63,086 nt of DNA, filler included, from Octopus bimaculoides (GCF_001194135.2; 6 parts of 6 records of this genome joined end to end with filler, not necessarily neighbours in it); one strand, 5' to 3'. Numbered from the whole stretch's first letter, positions 11,576 to 24,663 are shown. The notes: a model not told the origin generated them from the sequence alone. Translations and numbers: made by a program.

Positions 11576-11799
11576 TAATGTTTGATGAAAACATTAACCT
11601 CCCACTAATGATAGTAACTATCATTAGTGGGGCAAAAGTAAAGGATACGCACACACGGTCCTAAATTCTCACTATATATGTGTGAGTGTGCCACATATAT
11701 ATGTATGTATGTATGTATATATATATATATATATATATATNNNNNNNNNNNNNNNNNNNNNNNNNNNNNNNNNNNNNNNNNNNNNNNNNNNNNNNNNNN

Positions 11800-11962
11800 A
11801 TATACGACGGTCTTCTTTCAGTTTCCGTCTACCAAATCCACTCAAGGCTTTGATCGGCCCGAGGCTATTGTAGAAGACACTTGCCCAAGGTGCCACGCAG
11901 TGGGAATGAACCCGGAACCATGTGGTTGGTAAGCAAGCTACTTACCACACAGCCACTCCTGT
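11800..11962 (-). mobile_element. SINE family A, 5' half
   Basis: Reverse complement of head and body. Confidence 0.88.
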
Positions 11963-12149
11963 GAATTTTTTATTATATATGTATGTGTAAGTGTATATGT
12001 AGGGACTCAATCGGTTTTAGGCTCAAGAAAGTGAAACTTTGTACGGTAAGGTATTGGCATATATGTGTGTGTATGTAGACACACACACACACACACATGG
12101 GTGGAGCAAAATGAGTAATTTCTGGGGTTTTTTTTATTGTTTCTTCATA

Positions 12150-12471
12150 CTTTCTCACTTCTTTCAGTCACATGACTGCGGTCATGCTGGAGCACCGCCT
12201 TTAGTCGACCCCAAGACTTATTCTTTGTAAGCCTAGTACTAATTCTGTCGGTTCTTTTGCCGAACCGCTAAGTTACGGGGACCACACACACACATATATA
12301 TATATACGACGGGCTTCTTTCAGTTTCCGACTACCAAATCCACTCACAAGGCTTTGGTCAGCCTGAGGCTATAGTAGAAGACACTTGCCCAAGGTGCCAC
12401 GCAGTGGGACTGAACCCGGGACCATGTGGTTCGTAAGCAAGCTACATACCATACACCCACTCCTGCGCCTA
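12150..12471 (-). mobile_element. SINE family A, near full length with internal deletion
   Basis: Reverse complement of tail, body and head. Confidence 0.85.
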
Positions 12472-12489
12472 ATACAGTTCTATATTTAA

Positions 12490-12642
12490 GAGATGGGGAA
12501 TAATGTATATTATTTACATTTGATGGATGTTTGTCCCCATCTTGTTTGTTGTTAACACAACGTTTCAGCTGATATACCCAAGACACCTGATGAAGGCTGG
12601 AGGGTATATCAGCCGAAACGTTGTGTTAACAACAAACAAGAT
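12490..12642. mobile_element. Penelope-like pseudo-LTR fragment arranged as a fold-back inversion
   Basis: 41-bp arms 12539-12579 / 12602-12642 (40/41) containing a hammerhead motif; second fragment at 15240-15320. Confidence 0.65.
12582..12627 (+). ncRNA. Minimal type I hammerhead ribozyme, PLE-type
   Basis: GACAC-CUGAUGA-A-GGCUG/CAGCC-GAAA-CG-UU-GUGUU: stem I 5 bp, stem II 5 bp, palindromic ACGU stem III, GUU cleavage triplet. Confidence 0.75.
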
Positions 12643-13737
12643 ATAATTCTTCCTATGTATTCGAAATCATTAAATTGTAAGGATTGCGTCATTATTTTGT
12701 ACTGATGCATTGGTCAGTATAGTTGTTGAAGTNNNNNNNNNNNNNNNNNNNNNNNNNNNNNNNNNNNNNNNNNNNNNNNNNNNNNNNNNNNNNNNNNNNN
12801 NNNNNNNNNNNNNNNNNNNNNNNNNNNNNNNNNNNNNNNNNNNNNNNNNNNNNNNNNNNNNNNNNNNNNNNNNNNNNNNNNNNNNNNNNNNNNNNNNNNN
12901 NNNNNNNNNNNNNNNNNNNNNNNNNNNNNNNNNNNNNNNNNNNNNNNNNNNNNNNNNNNNNNNNNNNNNNNNNNNNNNNNNNNNNNNNNNNNNNNNNNNN
13001 NNNNNNNNNNNNNNNNNNNNNNNNNNNNNNNNNNNNNNNNNNNNNNNNNNNNNNNNNNNNNNNNNNNNNNNNNNNNNNNNNNNNNNNNNNNNNNNNNNNN
13101 NNNNNNNNNNNNNNNNNNNNNNNNNNNNNNNNNNNNNNNNNNNNNNNNNNNNNNNNNNNNNNNNNNNNNNNNNNNNNNNNNNNNNNNNNNNNNNNNNNNN
13201 NNNNNNNNNNNNNNNNNNNNNNNNNNNNNNNNNNNNNNNNNNNNNNNNNNNNNNNNNNNNNNNNNNNNNNNNNNNNNNNNNNNNNNNNNNNNNNNNNNNN
13301 NNNNNNNNNNNNNNNNNNNNNNNNNNNNNNNNNNNNNNNNNNNNNNNNNNNNNNNNNNNNNNNNNNNNNNNNNNNNNNNNNNNNNNNNNNNNNNNNNNNN
13401 NNNNNNNNNNNNNNNNNNNNNNNNNNNNNNNNNNNNNNNNNNNNNNNNNNNNNNNNNNNNNNNNNNNNNNNNNNNNNNNNNNNNNNNNNNNNNNNNNNNN
13501 NNNNNNNNNNGTTACAATACTTTTTCCGCTACCATAAATATTTTAACTCCTTTTTCTAAATTCGGTGCCTGGCGTAGCAATTAGCTGACCCCTGATTATA
13601 ATTATAGAATATTTATATATATATATAGGCGAACACACACACATACATTTATATACTTACACACATCCATATACATACATGCATACATATATATTTCGTT
13701 TCTTTATGTGAATTCGTGTGTTGAGGCATGCTTTATG

Positions 13738-13878
13738 GTGTCTGGGGAGAGTCATTCTCTTTTAGTGCCTTATTATTTAACACTCACCGGTTCGATTAAA
13801 TAAGTAAATGAGTGGAAATCGAACCGGTGAGTGTGTTAAGTAATAAGGCACTAAAAGAGATTGACACTCTCCAGACAC
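13738..13878. repeat. Fold-back inverted repeat, ~60-bp arms, 19-nt loop
   Basis: 13738-13797 versus 13817-13878 complementary apart from a few mismatches and a 2-nt indel. Confidence 0.85.
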
Positions 13879-14340
13879 AATTATATATATGTGTGTGTGT
13901 GTGTAAATATATATAGGCTTGTTTTGTTTGTGCTTTTCCCTCCGGTTTTTTGTTCTATGTGTGCCATAAATATCGCCATCCATTTTAGAGAAAAATTTGT
14001 AGTTTAGAATCAGTAGTTCTTTGACTGCTGTTTCTGAATTTTCAGTATGTTGGAGAAGCAACTCAATTGCTAATCCCTTATATTTATGATGATATATATA
14101 TATATATATATATATATAGTTTTTAAAAAAAACATAAATCCGAAGAAGAAGCACACTCTAAGATGTAGAACAGTTAATATTTTAATGGGGGAGGCCGGTT
14201 TATGGAATTACCTTGGGTTTCCCGTCCATAAGGGGTTCGGCCTTAAGGCGCATCATCGGGTCCCGAAACCTATTGGCCCGAGACCTCAGGCTGTGATGAT
14301 TCGAAAACACAACACCGAATAACCTAATGGTATATCTTTT

Positions 14341-14430
14341 ATACCTCCCTGATGAGTTTTGCCCAATATAATGTGTTAATAATTGCTATTTTAATCTTTA
14401 GGCTTAATTGAAACAGCTGTAAGAGAGTAT
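14341..14430 (+). ncRNA. Degenerate hammerhead candidate with long stem II
   Basis: CUGAUGA 14349-14355; GAAA 14410-14413; palindromic ACAGCUGU; GUA triplet; imperfect stem I AUACCUCC/AGAGAGUAU; stem II poorly paired. Confidence 0.4.
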
Positions 14431-15057
14431 GTTGGATTTTTGCAGATAATAATTTTTTAAAAATTTCTATTAAATGCTATATCTCCATTTTCTTAATTTT
14501 CTTTTGAATAACTATAAACCATGATTTATATTTAGACCTATCATTTTATGAATATTATTCACAACAAATATTAGGTAATGACCCAGTAATTCATTGGATA
14601 TTACTATCCCTTAATGAGGCTAATTTAACTTCTAATTGAATATATATCTTATTTTCTTTCTCTTTTCTCTAAATTACATTTGACATTAAATCTATTAACG
14701 GTTTTTTAAAAAGAAAACTTGCTAGCGTTCCCCTTCATCATATACACGGTAATCACATTCGGTTAAAATGGCTTATAGATGTGTTTTGTTTCTCTTTTTT
14801 TCCCCTGATGAGATGATTGCATTGTTTTACATCATTTTTATTCTCTCCCGAATGATCTTAATGCTTTCTTCGAAAATGTTGGAAGTGTAAATGATTTGAA
14901 TAACACCTTCGTTTGACTCCATTTCTTAATTTATCCATGTTATGCGAAAACATTTCATTTAACCCTGGAATTTCTACCTTTATAAGTAGGCTGTGACATC
15001 CTTGACACTTATGTGAATTTTTGCTACCCTGATAACTATTTATTTTTTCCTTGTTAT

Positions 15058-15157
15058 NNNNNNNNNNNNNNNNNNNNNNNNNNNNNNNNNNNNNNNNNNN
15101 NTTAATTAATTAANNNNNNNNNNNNNNNNNNNNNNNNNNNNNNNNNNNNNNNNNNNN
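15058..15157. other. Artificial assembly spacer (44 N + TTAATTAATTAA + 44 N)
   Basis: Identical 100-bp layout recurs five times. Confidence 0.9.
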
Positions 15158-15159
<2 letters not shown>

Positions 15160-15220
<61 letters not shown>

Positions 15221-15320
15221 GGTCACTGCAAGGAATCGGAGCCTGGAGGATATATCAGCCGAAACGTTGTGTTAACAACAAACAAGATGAGGACATATAT
15301 CCGTTAAATGTAAATAATGA
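15160..15320. mobile_element. PLE pseudo-LTR fragment with 3' half of the same hammerhead
   Basis: (TTA)n then ggaggatatatcagccgaaacgttgtgttaacaacaaacaagat; CUGAUGA is missing. Confidence 0.55.
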
Positions 15321-15799
15321 TCCTACTAGTCGACAAAATCAAAAGCAAACAAGTACATGTGCGAAATTGAAAATATACAATGGCGACAATTTATCCATCG
15401 CTCGGCCCGAGGCTATATAAGAAGTCGCTTGCTCACGGTTCTGTGCAGAGGGGATTGTACATGAAACTATATGGTTGCAAAGCGAACTTCTTAACCACAC
15501 AACCCTATCTAAATGTGTGTATGCAACCCCCGCCCAGACACACACAAACACACACCACACAGAAATGTACGTATGTATGTATTACTCCATGCTGGCTAAA
15601 AGTGTTCGGCTTTGTAAATAAAACTCGTCATTTAAGGAGCGGAGAGCGAGTTTGTTAGAGCAAACAGGACAAACAGAATCGACTATGTGAGTATATTCAA
15701 TATTATGTGAGAACATTTTTTTATAAACAAATTTAGAAAAACCGAGTGAGTAGGTATTTTACAGAAAAGAAAAAGAAATAAACCTGGCCCTTATTCTAT

Positions 15800-16130
15800 A
15801 AGTTTTCTTACACCGATCCACTAATGTACGGAGCCATTAACAAACCAGCACCGGTTGGTTGTCAAGCGATGGCGGGAAAAAACACAAACACAAAGACGCG
15901 TGCGCACGCACACACGCACACACATACGCCCACACACAAATACATAAGACAGGCTTCTTTCAGTTTCTGGCAACGAAATCCACTCACAAAGTTTTTGTCA
16001 TCTGAGGCTATACAAAAAAAAAAAAGAAAAAGAAAAAAAGAACCACTTGCCCAAGTTGCCACGCAGTTAAAGTGAACCCTAAACCTTGTGGGCGGGTGGG
16101 TGAGAACAAGCTTTTTACCACACAGCCATG
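15800..16130 (-). mobile_element. SINE family A, diverged copy
   Basis: ggcttctttcagtttc...acttgcccaag...accacacagcca. Confidence 0.7.
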
Positions 16131-16164
16131 CCTGAGTCCCGGCACTCAGGTATTATGCGTAAAA

Positions 16165-16466
16165 GTTGTTGATGTTGGCACTCCGTCGCTTACGACGTCG
16201 AGGGTTCCAGTTGATCCGATCAACGGAACCCGCCTGCTCGTGAAATTAACGTGCAAGTGACTGAGCACTCCACAGACACGTGTACCCTTAACGTAGTTCT
16301 CGGGGATATTCAGCGTGACACAGAGTGTGACAAGGTTGGCCCTTTGAAATACAGGTACAACAGAAACAGGAAGTAAGAGTGAGAGAAAGTTGTGGTGAAA
16401 GAGTACAGCAGGGTTCGCCACCATCCCCTGCCAGAGCCTCGTGGAGCTTTAGGTGTTTTCACTCAN
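16165..16466 (-). mobile_element. SINE/retroposon family C with (AAC)n tail
   Basis: Homologous in opposite orientation to 42290-42500; contains hairpin GTTCC(A)GTTGATC/GATCAACGGAAC. Confidence 0.65.
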
Positions 16467-17368
16467 NNNNNNNNNNNNNNNNNNNNNNNNNNNNNNNNNN
16501 NNNNNNNNNNNNNNNNNNNNNNNNNNNNNNNNNNNNNNNNNNNNNNNNNNNNNNNNNNNNNNNNNNNNNNNNNNNNNNNNNNNNNNNNNNNNNNNNNNNN
16601 NNNNNNNNNNNNNNNNNNNNNNNNNNNNNNNNNNNNNNNNNNNNNNNNNNNNNNNNNNNNNNNNNNNNNNNNNNNNNNNNNNNNNNNNNNNNNNNNNNNN
16701 NNNNNNNNNNNNNNNNNNNNNNNNNNNNNNNNNNNNNNNNNNNNNNNNNNNNNNNNNNNNNNNNNNNNNNNNNNNNNNNNNNNNNNNNNNNNNNNNNNNN
16801 NNNNNNNNNNNNNNNNNNNNNNNNNNNNNNNNNNNNNNNNNNNNNNNNNNNNNNNNNNNNNNNNNNNNNNNNNNNNNNNNNNNNNNNNNNNNNNNNNNNN
16901 NNNNNNNNNNNNNNNNNNNNNNNNNNNNNNNNNNNNNNNNNNNNNNNNNNNNNNNNNNNNNNNNNNNNNNNNNNNNNNNNNNNNNNNNNNNNNNNNNNNN
17001 NNNNNNNNNNNNNNNNNNNNNNNNNNNNNNNNNNNNNNNNNNNNNNNNNNNNNNNNNNNNNNNNNNNNNNNNNNNNNNNNNNNNNNNNNNNNNNNNNNNN
17101 NNNNNNNNNNNNNNNNNNNNNNNNNNNNNNNNNNNNNNNNNNNNNNNNNNNNNNNNNNNNNNNNNNNNNNNNNNNNNNNNNNNNNNAACCGCTGACGTTA
17201 CGCGCACGCAAACACACCAACACGGGTTGTCAATTTTTTTTTTTAATGGTAAATAAGGATAAGTCAGAATAGTTTATTGGGAAAGAAATAAACTTTTATT
17301 AGAAACATCAGAAACCAACAAATTCAATGAATTGTGGAAGTTGTAAAGATAGTTTATGAACATCCTAT

Positions 17369-17404
<36 letters not shown>

Positions 17405-17779
17405 ACACACACACACACAAACACGCACGCACGCACGTACACACACATAAACACATGCTCTAGGTGATGGTCCAGCATGGCCGCTGTCAAATGACTGTGT
17501 GCTGCTGTTCAGTTATAAAAATGTTCAGTTATTATAAAAACAATTTTACATTAAGCTGATGAGTTACTCCATACTTTTGTAGAGCATAAATTTATTTATT
17601 CTTCCTAAACAAGAATATTATTGACAGTGACCTCGAAGTTTCAGCCAGTTAAGCTATCATCGGCTTCCATACAGTTTTCGTACGTTTGTATGTATAAACA
17701 ATAGTAAAATGCGACAAAGTTTAAATAGCCCACCTACTGGATCTAGTGAACATACGCATCGAAATACTAACAAAGAGAT

Positions 17780-18346
17780 GTAAACCGCAATGAAAAACAT
17801 CAATTACGGCCAAATTGTAACAGCAGAAATGCTTATGATACTGCTAACATGGTCGGAAAATGTTGGAAAATAGAGTCGGAACTGCTTTATATACAAATAA
17901 ATATGATAAATGCTCATGCAGAGAAAAATCAAAATACCCATTGATAAACCTCTGTATGAGTACAAATCTTGTATATAAATGTACCGTGCACACAAGAGGA
18001 AGGCCGTATGTTTACATTGGGAAGACGGCTGATTCATTTAAGAATCGTTATCGTAACCATGTCGCCAGAATTTAAGACAATCAATAAAAGACATTCAATA
18101 TCATTGGCCGGTTTTGTATGGCGACTGAAGGAGGATAAAATGAAGTACAGCATAACTTGGTCCATGGTAAGTCACGCGAAACCATACATTATAATTTCCA
18201 AGACATGTCGACTCTGCTCCGAGGAATCACTGTCGATTCTGTGGACTAATGAGAAGATAATTAATAGAATTTCTGAAAGACTCTCAAGATGCTTACATGC
18301 ATATAAATGCACTTTTGCACAATGCAGTGAGAATGAATTTGAGTAA
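17780..18346 (+). pseudogene. Penelope-like GIY-YIG endonuclease remnant (frameshifted)
   Basis: CSCREKSKYPL..C, VYKCTV, VYIGKT..SFKNRYRNH, FVWRLKE..YSITW..AKPY..CRLC..E, RCLHAYK: the PLE endonuclease pattern. Confidence 0.8.
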
Positions 18347-18845
18347 CTTAATTTAATTTACTTTAAGTTATGGATGAATTAAGTTTACTTTTAACCTCCC
18401 CATAAACATCAAGTAGATATTTAATTCACCTTGTGATTTCGAGTGCACCAAACCACACGTATGCGTATGCTTAAATTTTCTCGGATGCTTATACGAGCGA
18501 GTGTACATGCGCCATACAGCTTAAGCGAGGGCGTTTATACATCCATATTTATTAACGGTTATTTTTAATACTTTTCTCGATGTTCTTTTCTGTTTTGCAG
18601 CTGTGATTTTATTTTTGATCTTCTATGTAAATGAAAATATTTCCTTTGTTTTGCTGCTTTTCTTTCTACGAAATAAGAAGATATATTGCGGAACTGTTAT
18701 TTTAACGAGACACATCTGCACCGCCGGATGCTCCTGAACCAGTTGTTGAGTGTTCCACCAGTGAGGGATCGATGCTAGATGTACCAAAACAATTGTCGTA
18801 ATCAATAATAAATTCTTGTATCTTCCTTTTTCCATCTTTCATTTA

Positions 18846-18889
<44 letters not shown>

Positions 18890-19118
18890 ATATGTATATA
18901 TATATATATANNNNNNNNNNNNNNNNNNNNNNNNNNNNNNNNNNNNNNNNNNNNNNNNNNNNNNNNNNNNNNNNNNNNNTATATACGACGGGCTTCTTTC
19001 AGTTTCTGCCTATCAAATCCACTCACAAAGCTTTGTTCAGAACTAGGCTATAGTAGAAGACACTGACCCAAGGTACAACACAGTGTGACTGAACCTGGAA
19101 CCTACCACACAGCCACGC

Positions 19119-19150
<32 letters not shown>

Positions 19151-19719
19151 GTATGTATACGAGCTTCCATACAGTTTTCGTCCACTAAATTCACTGTTAA
19201 GGCATTGGTCGGTCGAGAGCTATCGTAGAGAGACACTTGCCCAATGTGACGCGCAGTTTTTATTCGAGAAGAACATCAATTAGATTGATCCCATTCCATT
19301 TGGTTAAGGCCATGAATAGAACCCCAGCCTATTAAAAACCGAAAGTTTTAAAATTGTAGAAGACATTGCTCAAGGTGTCCTGTAATGCGTTCTCAAATTC
19401 GGAACCACGTGGTTGGTTTTGTAGCGAACCTATTCACCACACAGACAGTCACTCCTGGAGATGTGTTATCTCTGCTTTTTTGCTTACAACGGGGAATGGG
19501 TTCAACTTCGTTGGACCCATGCTGGCAAAGTTTGAGATTTTCCGCTGGATAAAAGTTTACCACATACACATCGATAATGACTTGGAGAAGACTAAACACA
19601 CACACACACACACACACAAACACACACAAACACACACACACACAAGCACACACACACACACATATGTATACATATACATATATTCATAGGTACATACGTA
19701 TATGTATACATATATATAC

Positions 19720-20090
19720 TCTTTACTCTTTTACTATTTTACTTGCTTCAGTCATTTGACTGCGGCCATGCTGGAGCACCGCCTTTAGAAGTCGACCCCA
19801 GGACTTATTCTTTGGAAGCCTAGTACTTATTCTATCGGTCTCTTTTGCCGAACCGCTAGGTTACGGGGATGTAAACACACCACCATCGGTTGTCAAGCGA
19901 TGTTGGGGGGACAAACACACACACACAAACATATACATATATACGACGGGCTTCTTTCAGTTTCCGTCTGCCAAATCCACTCACAAGGCTTTGGTCGACC
20001 CGAGGCTACAGTAGAAGACACTTGCCCAAGGTGCCACGCAGTGGGATTGAACCCAGAACCATGCGGTTGGTCAGCAAGCTACTTACCACA
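19720..20090 (-). mobile_element. SINE family A, near full length
   Basis: Reverse-complement match to other copies; head runs into gap. Confidence 0.88.
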
Positions 20091-20904
20091 NNNNNNNNNN
20101 NNNNNNNNNNNNNNNNNNNNNNNNNNNNNNNNNNNNNNNNNNNNNNNNNNNNNNNNNNNNNNNNNNNNNNNNNNNNNNNNNNNNNNNNNNNNNNNNNNNN
20201 NNNNNNNNNNNNNNNNNNNNNNNNNNNNNNNNNNNNNNNNNNNNNNNNNNNNNNNNNNNNNNNNNNNNNNNNNNNNNNNNNNNNNNNNNNNNNNNNNNNN
20301 NNNNNNNNNNNNNNNNNNNNNNNNNNNNNNNNNNNNNNNNNNNNNNNNNNNNNNNNNNNNNNNNNNNNNNNNNNNNNNNNNNNNNNNNNNNNNNNNNNNN
20401 NNNNNNNNNNNNNNNNNNNNNNNNNNNNNNNNNNNNNNNNNNNNNNNNNNNNNNNNNNNNNNNNNNNNNNNNNNNNNNNNNNNNNNNNNNNNNNNNNNNN
20501 NNNNNNNNNNNNNNNNNNNNNNNNNNNNNNNNNNNNNNNNNNNNNNNNNNNNNNNNNNNNNNNNNNNNNNNNNNNNNNNNNNNNNNNNNNNNNNNNNNNN
20601 NNNNNNNNNNNNNNNNNNNNNNNNNNNNNNNNNNNNNNNNNNNNNNNNNNNNNNNNNNNNNNNNNNNNNNNNNNNNNNNNNNNNNNNNATATATATGGGA
20701 AAATTTTACGAAAAAAACTACAACAGACGAGGACAGGTGGTGTAGACAACAAAAGGATGTATTAGTTTAACGCTCGGAAATACAGAAAGTCTTTAACGTT
20801 TCGGGCTACGCTCTTCAACAGAAAGAATACGGAGAAAAACAAGGAGAAAAACACGGAGAAAAAAAATTGAATGTTTTGGTCAGCGATTAATCATGGCGAT
20901 ATAT

Positions 20905-21136
20905 ATATGTGTGTGTGTGTTTGTGTGTCTGTGTTTGTCCCCCCACCATCGCTTGACAACCAATGCTGGCGTGTTTATGTCCCCGTCACTTAGCGGTTCG
21001 GCAAAAGAGTATGATAGAATAAGTACCAGGCTTCCAAAGAATAAGTCCCGGGGTCGATTTGCTCGACTAAAGGCGGTGCTCCAGCATGGCCGCAGTCAAA
21101 AGACTGAAACAAGTAAAAGAGTAAAAGAGTAAAGAG
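20905..21136 (+). mobile_element. SINE family A, 3' half
   Basis: Starts at internal microsatellite; GTAAAAGA tail. Confidence 0.85.
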
Positions 21137-21810
21137 TATATATATATACATATATACACACACCCATATACATATATAAATAAATAGCAACTATACAGCG
21201 TGAACGTTGCACCACCCGTGTGTCTGTCACTTTGTGCCCCTAAAATGTAGGTCGTTTGTCTCTTTCTCAACGAAAACCCTTTTGCTTATTTATTTATTTA
21301 TTTACTCTTTTGTAATTTTTCTTCTTCCATTCATACAAACGTTATCTTTTCTTTTTTCTGTTAACGACTTGTACCTCTCCCAGCTACGATGACTTGGTCA
21401 CTCAGTTAAGTGAGTAAATAGTGAATCCATCTGCTAACACACACATATTCACACCCATAAGCTTTTTATATACACACATACGCAGAAACATTCATGCATA
21501 CATGCGTACCTCTATCTGTGTGTCTGTCTGCCTATCTCTGTTTGTCTGTCTGTCTCTGTCTCTCTCTCTATCTATCTGTCCCTCTCTGTCTACTTACATA
21601 CACACACATTATATACCTACCCTCACACGCCTTCTCATCCATTCTCATACACCATAACCAACAAATCAACTCATTCACCACCATGAAGAGAAAACAGAAA
21701 AAAAAAAACTTTCTCGTCCATCACTTCTTCCCTTGCTCCTCTCCTCCTCCTCCTACACCTCCTTTGTTTGTTATCTTCCTCGCCCCCAGTCCCTCCCATC
21801 CTCCTTTTAA

Positions 21811-21850
<40 letters not shown>

Positions 21851-22172
21851 GTTATAGAGACCACCAAACATCCTTTAGGGTCATTGCTTGGTCAATGAGA
21901 GTGGGGGGAAATATGTGTGGGAATGATGGGTGGAGAATATAAAGAAAGATGGGCTGGTTTGGGGATGGAGGTGGAGATGAGGATAGGGTGGAGAACATCC
22001 CTCCAGCTTCTTTCTTTCATTGGATGCCGCTGGAGATGGTGTTAGTGATAGTAATGGTGCTGGTGGCGTCGGTGGGGAGAGAGGAATAAGATACGGAATT
22101 CTTTACTTATTACACTCACACATACACACATACGAACATACACACACTCATATACGTGTATATACATTATGT

Positions 22173-22221
<49 letters not shown>

Positions 22222-23041
22222 TGCGTATGTTCATATGTACGTATATATTTATGCGTTCATGCTTGAAGCACAACTGTGATATCACTGATTTTTCATGGTG
22301 CCCACCCCTAGCATGTGCTTATTATTAATATATATATATACATTTTATAAAGACACACATATATACACACAGACACACACACACATATATATCTACTCAT
22401 ACGTAGAATGTCATAGAAAAGTTATTTACACGCACGCGTTCTCAGAGGAAAGAGAAGAGCGGCTGTGATAGGGTGATAGGGTTTGTTATTCGAGAGATGT
22501 TTCTCACGCCGGCACAACATATTTGAGGTATTTCACTCCCATTCACTCCAGTTGTTCCCCCCCCCCACCTCTTCACCTACACCACCTACCTCCTTCACCT
22601 GCTTGTCTACATTTTTTTTTTTTTTTTGTAACCTAGCAAATCGCCTGACCCCTTTTGATAGGATTGAAGTGGGGTTAGGAAAGCGGAGAGGGGGCTGAAG
22701 ATCAAGGAACAGATAAACCGTCGTACATACATAAGTACAGGTAGTAATTATATGGAACACCACGAGCCAAACGTGGTGGCCTTTGCGTGGTGGTCACGCG
22801 ACCTGCTAAAAATAGCAGTGAGTTCTTCCTGATTCCTTCATCTTTTACTTGTTTCAGCCTTGAAGAAGAATTTTAGTCGAATGAATCGACAAGTTCGCTT
22901 CCCAACCACACGGTTAGTGGGTTCAGTCCTACTACATAGCAACTTCGGCAAAACCTGGGGTCCACCAAAGCCTTCTGAATGGATTTGGTAGACGGAAACT
23001 GAAAGAACATAAATAAATATATATATATGTATGTATATATA

Positions 23042-23141
23042 NNNNNNNNNNNNNNNNNNNNNNNNNNNNNNNNNNNNNNNNNNNNTTAATTAATTAANNN
23101 NNNNNNNNNNNNNNNNNNNNNNNNNNNNNNNNNNNNNNNNN
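23042..23141. other. Artificial assembly spacer
   Basis: 44 N + TTAATTAATTAA + 44 N. Confidence 0.9.
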
Positions 23142-23197
<56 letters not shown>

Positions 23198-23560
23198 TGT
23201 GAATGTGTGTGTATGTGCGTTTCAATAGTGATTTGTTTAACAAGCGTGTTTGTATAGGGTTAATGCAAGAGAATAAGGAGGGAGAGAGAGAGAGAGAGAG
23301 AGAGAGTGACTTAGAGAGTGTGGGAGGGGAAAGAAAGGAGTCGAGAATGAAAGAGAGTGAGCTGGAGAGAGGCAGTGAAAGAGAGAGATTGGGGAAGGAG
23401 AGGGAGCGAAAGAGAAGGAAAATGTTAGCAATGAGACAAAGGTGCATATAACGTAATTAGTACGGTTTGGTGGTGGTGATGGTGCCGATGCTGGTGGTGG
23501 CGGTGGTGACAATGGCCGTAATGGTAGTAGTTGTAGTAGTAGTAGATATATATATGTGTA

Positions 23561-23639
<79 letters not shown>

Positions 23640-24388
23640 GTATGTATATGTNNNNNNNNNNNNNNNNNNNNNNNNNNNNNNNNNNNNNNNNNNNNNNNNN
23701 NNNNNNNNNNNNNNNNNNNNNNNNNNNNNNNNNNNNNNNNNNNNNNNNNNNNNNNNNNNNNNNNNNNNNNNNNNNNNNNNNNNNNNNNNNNNNNNNNNNN
23801 NNNNNNNNNNNNNNNNNNNNNNNNNNNNNNNNNNNNNNNNNNNNNNNNNNNNNNNNNNNNNNNNNNNNNNNNNNNNNNNNNNNNNNNNNNNNNNNNNNNN
23901 NNNNNNNNNNNNNNNNNNNNNNNNNNNNNNNNNNNNNNNNNNNNNNNNNNNNNNNNNNNNNNNNNNNNNNNNNNNNNNNNNNNNNNNNNNNNNNNNNNNN
24001 NNNNNNNNNNNNNNNNNNNNNNNNNNNNNNNNNNNNNNNNNNNNNNNNNNNNNNNNNNNNNNNNNNNNNNNNNNNNNNNNNNNNNNNNNNNNNNNNNNNN
24101 NNNNNNNNNNNNNNNNNNNNNNNNNNNNNNNNNNNNNNNNNNNNNNNNNNNNNNNNNNNNNNNNNNNNNNNNNNNNNNNNNNNNNNNNNNNNNNNNNNNN
24201 NNNNNNNNNNNNNNNNNNNNNNNNNNNNNNNNNNNNNNNNNNNNNNNNNNNNNNNNNNNNNNNNNNNNNNNNNNNNNNNNNNNNNNNNNNNNNNNNNNNN
24301 NNNNNNNNNNNNNNNNNNNNNNNNNNNNNNNNNNNNNNNNNNNNNNNNNNNNNNNNNNNNNNNNNNNNNNNNNNNNNNNNNNNNNNNN

Positions 24389-24663
24389 GTCGGTCTCTTT
24401 TGCCGAACCACTATGTTACGGGGGACGTAAACACACCAGCATCGGTTGTCAAGCGATGTTGGGGAGACAAACACAGACACACAAACATATATATATATAC
24501 GACGGGCTTCTTTCAGTTTCCGTCTACCAAATCCACTCAAAAGACTTTGGTCGGCCCGAGGCTATAGTAGAAGACACTTGCCCTAGGTACCACGCAGTGG
24601 GACAGAAACTGGAACCATGTGGTTGGTAAGCAAGCTACTTACCTCGCAGCCACTCCTGCGCCC
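24389..24663 (-). mobile_element. SINE family A
   Basis: Reverse complement of head, body and internal microsatellite. Confidence 0.88.

Noticed and set aside
14225-14275. Minus-strand CCGAUGA..GCC-UUAA-GGC-CGAA
   Set aside because: Both core boxes altered; no stem I or III.
18755-18800. AAAA-CAAUUG-UC palindrome after the PLE endonuclease, where a pLTR hammerhead is expected
   Set aside because: CUGANGA has three mismatches and GAAA is lost; suggestive only.
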